This document shows, one piece after another, positions 57,881 to 64,000 of a DNA stretch of 64,000 nucleotides (position 1 is its first letter; each line of letters opens with the position of its first letter). The DNA is taken from assembly GCA_965112735.1 (NCBI GenBank), contig OZ218965.1:868001-932000 (forward strand). Reading direction: 5' to 3'. The stretch comes from Phaeosaccion multiseriatum. Lineage: Eukaryota; Protista; Ochrophyta, other classes. The position numbers were made by a program, and so were the translations under genes. The notes beneath the pieces were generated by a model that was not told the origin of the DNA, made no database searches, and was given only the letters and a program-made list of their open reading frames with translations.

Positions 57881-60277
57881 ATGTGTGTGCGTGTGTGTGT
57901 GTTGTGCCACCCTCGGCTTCCCTACCTTTATCTCTCTCCCTCCTCCCTCCTTTCCTCCCTCCCGCTCCCAACCCCTCCCTCAGCTGCTCCTGGAGACAGT
58001 CCTTCCTGGAGAGACGCTCCTCGATCCATTTGTGGGTGGCGGCACAGTCCTCATCGAGGGTATGCGAGCAGGCAGGCGGACCTTCGGCTTCGATGTGAGT
58101 CCTCTCGCGCTCTTTGTGAGCACTGGAGTGACGTGGATGCCCTCTGCCGACACCCTGCAGCGCCTCGATGACACGGCTCTGAGTATGAGCAAGGGCATCA
58201 CTGACTATCGGGTATGTGTAAGGGGGGAGGGAGGGAGAGCACTTTATTGACTTAATAGGAATCACCTAAGAAACTGAAAGTGTGAGGGAGAGCTGGAACT
58301 CGTAACTGCGCGTTGATCTGACCCCGCTTTGACTCTGATGTGTGTGTACATGTTGCGTGCGTATGCCCCCCGCCTACCCCCCTGCAGGAGAAGAAGATAT
58401 CTCTAAAGTCTTGGGAGCCCATCCGCCAGGCCATCGCCTCGGCCGTGCAGAGCGAGGAGGGCAAGGAGCTTGCTGTCCCTCTGTGGATGTGCTACAGCTC
58501 TGCTCTCAAGAAGGTGCGTGGGTGCGTGCGTGGGTGTGTGCGCGGAGCGGAGTCGGTCAGAGGGGCATGCAGACACAAAGACAGAGGCAGTGTGTGTGAT
58601 GGGATCTCCTGCGCATCTGCATGGACACCTCGCCCACCTCCCACCCCTCCCTCCCTCCCTCCCCCCCTCCCTCCCTCCCCCTCTCCCACCCCTCCCTCCC
58701 TCCCTCCCTCCCTCCATCCCTCCCTCCCACCCCTCTCTCCCTCCCTCCCTCCCTCCTCTCCCCCCTCTCTCTGTCCCTCCTCGAGCAGGCAGCCAAAGCG
58801 CGCCACAAGTCCCCCCGAGTAACGCCTCCCACTTTCTTCAACAAGGTGGTGTACGCGTACTGCAGCAGGGTCAAGGAGCTGCAGGAGGCAGTGTTGGGGG
58901 AGGATGGCAGCAGACGCTTCACCCCGCCGGTGCTACAGAGGATGGATGCAAGGGCGTTGGTGAAGCCCATCCCCGAGGGGGTGGATGCCGTGCTGACGTC
59001 ACCGCCCTACCCCGGGGTGTACGACTACTTGAGCCATGCTCGCGTGGTAAGTCAGTGATACATATGCCCAATATGCCCAAGCACGGCAGTAGTAGCAGGA
59101 GCAGCAGCAGGAGGAGGAGGCTGGCGGCGCTTAGCCGTTGGCTCTACAGTGCTGTCGAGTGTTTTGTGACCCGGACCGCCCCTGTCCTTTCCCGTCCTTG
59201 CTCCCCTCCTCTCCTCTTCCTGTCCTTACCCGTCCTTGCTCCCCTCCTCTCCTCTTCCTTTCTTTTACCGTCCTTCCTCCCCTCCTCTCCTCTTCCTGTC
59301 CTTTCCCGTCCTTGCTCCCCTCCTCTCCTCTTCCTGTCCTTACCCGTCCTTGCTCCCCTCCTCTCCTCTTCCTTTCTTTTACCGTCCTTCCTCCCCTCCT
59401 CTCCTCTTCCTGTCCTTTCCCGTCCTTAGTCCCCTCCTCTCCTTTGCCTATCATTTTCCGTCCATACTCCCCTCCTCTCCTCTTCCCGTCCTTTCCGTTC
59501 CTTCCTCTGACCTCTCTGTCCATGTCCCCACCCTGCCATGTATCCTTGCGTCCTTCTCTGTCCACTAAAGGTACGATCGGGGCTGGCGGTTTCGAGCGCT
59601 CTCATTCCAGAGACCTCCCCTGAGGACTCAAAGGAAGAACAAGGGCAAGAAGAGGAAGGACGGGTCTTGGTAGAAGGCGCTTCGTTCGCAGGAGCGGCAG
59701 TCCTGTCCGACGCTGCTGCTACGTCTGCTTCTGAATCACCAACTGCCGTAGCGACGACTGCGACTGCTACCACAACCACCACCACTGCCACTGCTCCACC
59801 AATTGCTGCTCCTTCTTGGGAGGGCGCTGGCGCAGGCGCTGCATCGGCCGCCGCCGCCGTGTTTGCAGGTATGCCCCTACCAGAGGGCCGCAACTGGCCA
59901 GAAGCCTGGATGGACAGCGAGATTGGGGCGTTCAAGCAGTTTAAGAAGGAGCAGCACGCCTTCTCCGACTCCTGGCAGGCGGACAACGAGCAATGGGTGG
60001 CAAGGATGAGCGACGTGCTGGCCCCAGGGGGGAGGGCCGCTATCATGGTGCGTGCGTGCGTGGGTGCGTGCGTGCGAGAGGAAAGGAGGGCAGGGGCGAT
60101 GAGAGGAGGCGGTTGGGAGCAAACTCTTGTTTTTTGGCGTTCGGCTCTGTATTGTTCGATTCTTTTTCTCTTGCTACTTGTCCTGTGTATGCTGTTTGCT
60201 CTCTCTCTCTGTCCCTGACTCTCTCTGTGACTCTCTCTCTTATCTCTCTCTCTCTCATATGTCTGACCCATCTCTGT

Positions 60278-60323
<46 letters not shown>

Positions 60324-60559
60324 GTCTCTCTCTCTCTCTCTCTCACTCTGTGTGTGTGTGTTCAACGTCTGTGCCCCTCGCTTTCCATCTCACACCACCC
60401 CAGACCGGAAACGGTGCAGGCGTGGACACCCTTCAAAGCACCTCGGTGGCTGCAGAGAAGGCCGGTTTGAAGCTCATCGCTTCCGTGAGCCTCACGGCCG
60501 CTGGCAGTTGGAGCATGCGCACGGAGCACCTCATCCTCCTCGAGAAGCCCCGCGTCTAG
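56418..60559 (+). CDS. Bacterial-type alpha-class amino-DNA methyltransferase (SPPY, N4-cytosine type), about 9 exons, possible plastid presequence
   Basis: Exons 56418-56844, 57090-57136, ~57226/57300-57434 (LTHGAHYYPAAMQ), 57676-57690 (GAAAK), 57984-58211 (LLDPFVGGGTVLIEG...GFDVSPLA), 58388-58513, 58789-59046 (DARAL...VDAVLTSPPYPGVYDY), 59571-60047 (SEIGA...VLAPGGRAAIM) and 60404-60559 (TGN...EHLILLEK). Alternative in-frame ATG at 56286. Confidence 0.85.
59175..59500. repeat. Pyrimidine-rich ~119-bp tandem repeat in a methyltransferase intron
   Basis: cctgtcctttcccgtccttgctcccctcctctcctcttcc units recur, for example near 59181, 59296 and 59409. Confidence 0.8.
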
Positions 60560-60731
60560 GGGCGGCCGCGTCTGAGGGCAGGGGAAGGGAAGGGAGGGGC
60601 GATTAACACGACTGGAGCTGTCTCACTCTGCTACGGAGAGTGCCGCACGCCTCGTGAGGAGGGGAGGGGGGGGGTGAGAATAGATACGGCGGAAAGCAGG
60701 GGAAAGAGGAGGGAACAGATAAAGGAATGAA

Positions 60732-62384
60732 ATGCGATCTCAGTACGTCAACTATTTCCGAAGTTTAGTGAGAGCCCTTTTGGTGCATTTAAGGATGGTG
60801 GGTGACATTGAGGAGGAGGCAAAGAGTAGCAGCACTTCCGCGGGAGACGCTGCAGCTGCTCCGCCAGCGGGAGCGCGGGGAACCGCAGATGAAGCAGAGG
60901 CAGCAGCACGAGCAGCCGCAGCATCATCAGCAGCAACCTCTTCTTCAAGGAGGGCAGAGGGGGAGCCACCGACTCCAAAGCGGGTGCGCAAGGAGGAGCG
61001 GCAGAAGGTGCTGAAAGTGGTTCTCCGTGTCACTTTCGGCAAAGAAGGAGGGTCGTTGACGGAAGGAGCGCTAAGTAGCGGGGATATGTTCGAGAAGGCC
61101 ATCCTTCGGCCAATGCTTTCGCAGACGAAGACACAGCAAGCGTTCGCGAACGCGAAGGTTCAGAATATCTTCTGCTGGACTCCGTCACCGTCACCCACCC
61201 ACCCCCTTCAGCCTCACTGGATACTGTTGATTCGTCTTATGCGGGTCTTCCAAAAAAGGAGGAACAGCGGCAAAGACCCAGATTTCCTTAGGAGAATGAT
61301 GCAGGACAATATGAAAGTCGGCAAGGGCACCATCACTGTAGACCCTTACGCCCTGCAAGAAGACGCAAGTGGAGAGGGTAGCGAGTCGGGCAGTGAAGGG
61401 CTTTCGGGATCGACCTCCTCCTCAGTTTCCGCAACCACCGCCGCCGCTCCTGCCACGGCTGCTTCTGCTTCTGCTACTGCTGCTGCTGCGGCGGGGGCAG
61501 CTCCTGCCGCTGCTGCTACTGCTGCTACTCCTACGTCAACGGCGGCGGCCCAGAAGAAGGGAACCCACGTCAACACCGTAGTGAAGAAAATCCGTGCCCA
61601 GCTAGGGCCGACGTATCAGGAGAGCGTGTGGGGCTGGGAAGGAGTGGTAGAGGAGGCCACCTCAGTGCCAACCTACCTGTACAGGGCAAGCAACCTTGTG
61701 CAATTATTGTGGGACAAAAGGGCGGAGTGGGACAAGAAGCCGGCCGGCAAGAGGAAGAAGAAGGACAGCGCGGCGAGGGGTACTCAGACGGGAGGAGCGG
61801 CAGGAGCGGCAGGAGCGGTAGAAGCGGCGGCGGAAGGAGGTACGGGCTTGGAGGGACGTACAATAAAGAAACGGCGGCGCCTCGAAGTGGCCGAGATGGC
61901 GGCGGTGGCGGCGGAACAGGCGATAGCCGCAACGAGGGCGGCAGCAGCAGAACAGGCTCAGTTGGCGGTAGCAGAGCCGGCTCAGCTGATGGCAGAAGCC
62001 CATCCGCCGGCACCGGAGCTTGGAGTCCACCCTTTGTGGGCGGATGTGCATGGGCAGCTCGAGCCTAATGACCAGCACGGAGGAGAGCACGACGAGGGAG
62101 TGGAGGAGACGAAGGGGTCGGGTGCTGCTGAGCAGGTTGGTTGCCAGGCACGTGCAGCACGGCTCGAGCATCTGAGGCTCTACAAGAGGGGGCCTGGCTG
62201 CAAGCAATTGGGCATGCAGGTGGGTGCTCACTTGCTCGTTCCTGCTAGATCTGACGCCTCTCCATATCCCCCCTTGTGCTCTGCTTGCCCCTCGCTCTCG
62301 CGCCGCTTCAGCCGCCCCCGGGTTTTGAGGTGCGCGAAAGTAGCGCCGTGCTCTCAACAGCAGCAGCAGCAGCAGGGTCGGTGA
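60732..62384 (+). CDS. Hypothetical intronless protein (550 aa), possibly a degenerate HUH/Rep-like fold
   Basis: Long open frame with globular-looking blocks (KVVLRVTFG; QPHWILLIRL; VPTYLYRA), Ala-rich linkers and NLS-like KRKKK/KKRRR. The fold assignment is speculative. Confidence 0.55.
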   Translation: MRSQYVNYFRSLVRALLVHLRMVGDIEEEAKSSSTSAGDAAAAPPAGARGTADEAEAAARAAAASSAATSSSRRAEGEPPTPKRVRKEERQKVLKVVLRVTFGKEGGSLTEGALSSGDMFEKAILRPMLSQTKTQQAFANAKVQNIFCWTPSPSPTHPLQPHWILLIRLMRVFQKRRNSGKDPDFLRRMMQDNMKVGKGTITVDPYALQEDASGEGSESGSEGLSGSTSSSVSATTAAAPATAASASATAAAAAGAAPAAAATAATPTSTAAAQKKGTHVNTVVKKIRAQLGPTYQESVWGWEGVVEEATSVPTYLYRASNLVQLLWDKRAEWDKKPAGKRKKKDSAARGTQTGGAAGAAGAVEAAAEGGTGLEGRTIKKRRRLEVAEMAAVAAEQAIAATRAAAAEQAQLAVAEPAQLMAEAHPPAPELGVHPLWADVHGQLEPNDQHGGEHDEGVEETKGSGAAEQVGCQARAARLEHLRLYKRGPGCKQLGMQVGAHLLVPARSDASPYPPLCSACPSLSRRFSRPRVLRCAKVAPCSQQQQQQQGR

Positions 62385-63022
62385 CCGCAGGAGTGGTCGA
62401 CGCCGCACCCGCCTGCTAACAGCACAAGGCTGGTAAGAGAGAGCGAGGCGAACGAAGGAGGGGGAGGGTCGTGAGGCGCAAGGCGTCTTGGGTTCGGTGT
62501 GTGTGGAGTTATTTGCATGAGAAGCAAAGAATGTTTCGCTGAAGCGTCTTCCCACCTGGTCTCTTAGCCAGTGCGCCCGCAGTGCTTTGGCACGTTTCTT
62601 CGTTTCTGTCGCCCATCGCCAAGCCCACGCGCAACGACACACTCATACACGCAGCTGTATGTGTGACACCCTATTCACGAGTGTCGTTGCGGCAAGCCAA
62701 GCACCGGCTGTGCGTGGGGCGGTGATGGACGAGCGAAATCGAAGTAGAACGGTACTGAAGTACTGCAAATGCATAGACAGAGGAGACAGGAGGGGGGAGG
62801 GGGTGGAGAGGGAGAGCGGGGAAACACCACGGGGTTCAGGGTGTGCGATTCGTGCGATGCGATTTGGTTGCCTCATCACTACTTCGAAGTACTTTGTAAG
62901 TCGCGGTTCTAGGGGGGGGTAGGGTAGGGCGAGGACTTCCTTCTCATCTACTCACTCTCGATGCCTGGCCGCCGCGGCATGCAGCCAATCCCCTTTTGTT
63001 GCTATATCCTTGTTCTTGTCTT

Positions 63023-63347
63023 CCAGCGCTTCGGCTCGGCAGAGTAGAGCGGAGGCCTCGAGCCATGACCGGAAGAGTGCCCAATGCGGGGGTGGCAGGC
63101 GGTGCGGCGTCTGGGATGAGAGGCGAAGCAAGCGGCAAAGTAGCGGGAAAGCGACAGCTGCTCCGCCTATGCGGTAGCCAGCACACGCAGTTTGCTCCCC
63201 CGCTTCTCGATGGCTGTATCGTGTGATGCAGCCGCCGCTTGCTTCGCCTCTCATCCCAAACGCCGCACCGCCTGCCATCGCCGTATTGGACACTCTTCCG
63301 GTCATAGCTCGAGGCCCCCGCCCTACTCTGCCGAGCCGAGGCGCTGG
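63023..63347. repeat. Long inverted repeat: 114-bp arms with a 97-nt spacer
   Basis: Arm 63023-63136 versus reverse complement of 63234-63347: 9 mismatches and no gaps by manual alignment. Confidence 0.92.
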
Positions 63348-63891
63348 GAGCACAGCCAGGATGGTGACAGCGATTAAGCTGCACGCCCAAAGACGAGCGA
63401 CGCACGCGAGTGGTAAACGAAGGGGAGCTTCCCATTGGGGGTAGCAATAGATAGCAGGAGTAGATTGGCATGTATGGATTTACGCAGAAAGTAAGGAGGA
63501 GGGGTCTATTGCACAGACCCGCTAGCATGCGCAGAGAGAGCGGAGCGGAGGATTCAGGCTGAGTTGGGTCCTCAGGGCACCCAAGTAGTACTTGGTCCCA
63601 GGAGGAGAGCAACCGGGGACAGGGGAGGCTGCGTGGTTGGTGCGTCTCAGCGCCGTGGAGGTGCAGTGTGCAGGCTCATTAATTAATTTTAGAAATGAGG
63701 GCAGGGGGGGGGGGTCGAGGGAGGAGTCACCTACCACTCCACCACCCTCTACCTCCCTGCCCCACAGCCGAGACTCTCCTTTGTAGGGAACGTTTGTACC
63801 CGTAATAATAACAACAAGAACAAAATGAACGAGGCCCTCTCCCTACTGCTGGGCCGCCTACCTCGACAACATTAAAGCCTCTCTTAACCTA

Positions 63892-64000
63892 CTCCTCCCC
63901 CAAGGGGGGGGAGCCTTCACAAAACTCAACTCGTCTCGGTGGTTCAGCTCTCACCCTTCCGCTACCTTGCTCCGCTCGTTTCGTGTGTCTCGACTCCATG
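63892..64000 (+). repeat. Terminus of a second, inverted copy of the 20265-21153 element (runs off the window)
   Basis: ctcctcccccaagggggggg...cttcacaaaactcaactcgtc...gttcagctctcacccttccgctaccttgctccgctcgtttcgtgtgtctcgactcc matches the reverse complement of 21041-21153. Confidence 0.85.

Noticed and set aside
58981-59030. Trm11-type tRNA m2G methyltransferase as the identity of the SPPY gene
   Set aside because: No THUMP domain is evident. The THGxHxYPA motif and the long insert between motifs II and IV fit alpha-class DNA methyltransferases better. Not fully excluded without phylogeny.
56418-62384. Restriction-modification pair (methyltransferase plus downstream ORF) or bacterial contamination
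   Set aside because: The methyltransferase has spliceosomal introns like its neighbours, and the downstream ORF shows no PD-(D/E)xK or HNH motif that I can support.

Overview
Eukaryotic nuclear DNA: GC-rich, rich in GT-AG introns full of microsatellites. It is probably a photosynthetic stramenopile (inferred from RxL propeptides, WRKY19-like zinc fingers, CRFCG repeats and a signal+'AF' presequence; not proven). Most of the ORF track is low-complexity noise, so genes were rebuilt by hand across splice sites. In order: the 3' end of an unknown gene (157-1070); an N-acylated ankyrin-repeat gene (1913-6051); a ~13 kb nested tandem array (6151-19110); a hairpin-rich dispersed repeat (20265-21153); a GH2 LacZ-type beta-galactosidase (21467-32460, -); a DOT1-like SAM methyltransferase (33695-36214, -); a MITE inside a decayed RLE non-LTR retrotransposon fragment; a secreted mucin/CRFCG-repeat protein (37637-41194); a giant IQ/EF-hand gene (42082-56105, -); a bacterial-type amino-DNA methyltransferase (56418-60559); an intronless orphan ORF (60732-62384); and a 114-bp inverted repeat. 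Highlight 1: the array hides four intact two-exon genes, missing from the ORF track as complete proteins. They encode signal peptide + ...EDQREL propeptide + Gly/Ser/Trp/Tyr/His/Lys peptides, two with internal RTL sites, an architecture like RxL-processed diatom silaffin/cingulin precursors. Highlight 2: the methyltransferase is intron-rich, alpha-class with an SPPY motif (N4-cytosine type), and may carry a plastid-targeting presequence. Highlight 3: two non-autonomous transposons share 5'-TCGGCCC termini and 6-bp target-site duplications.
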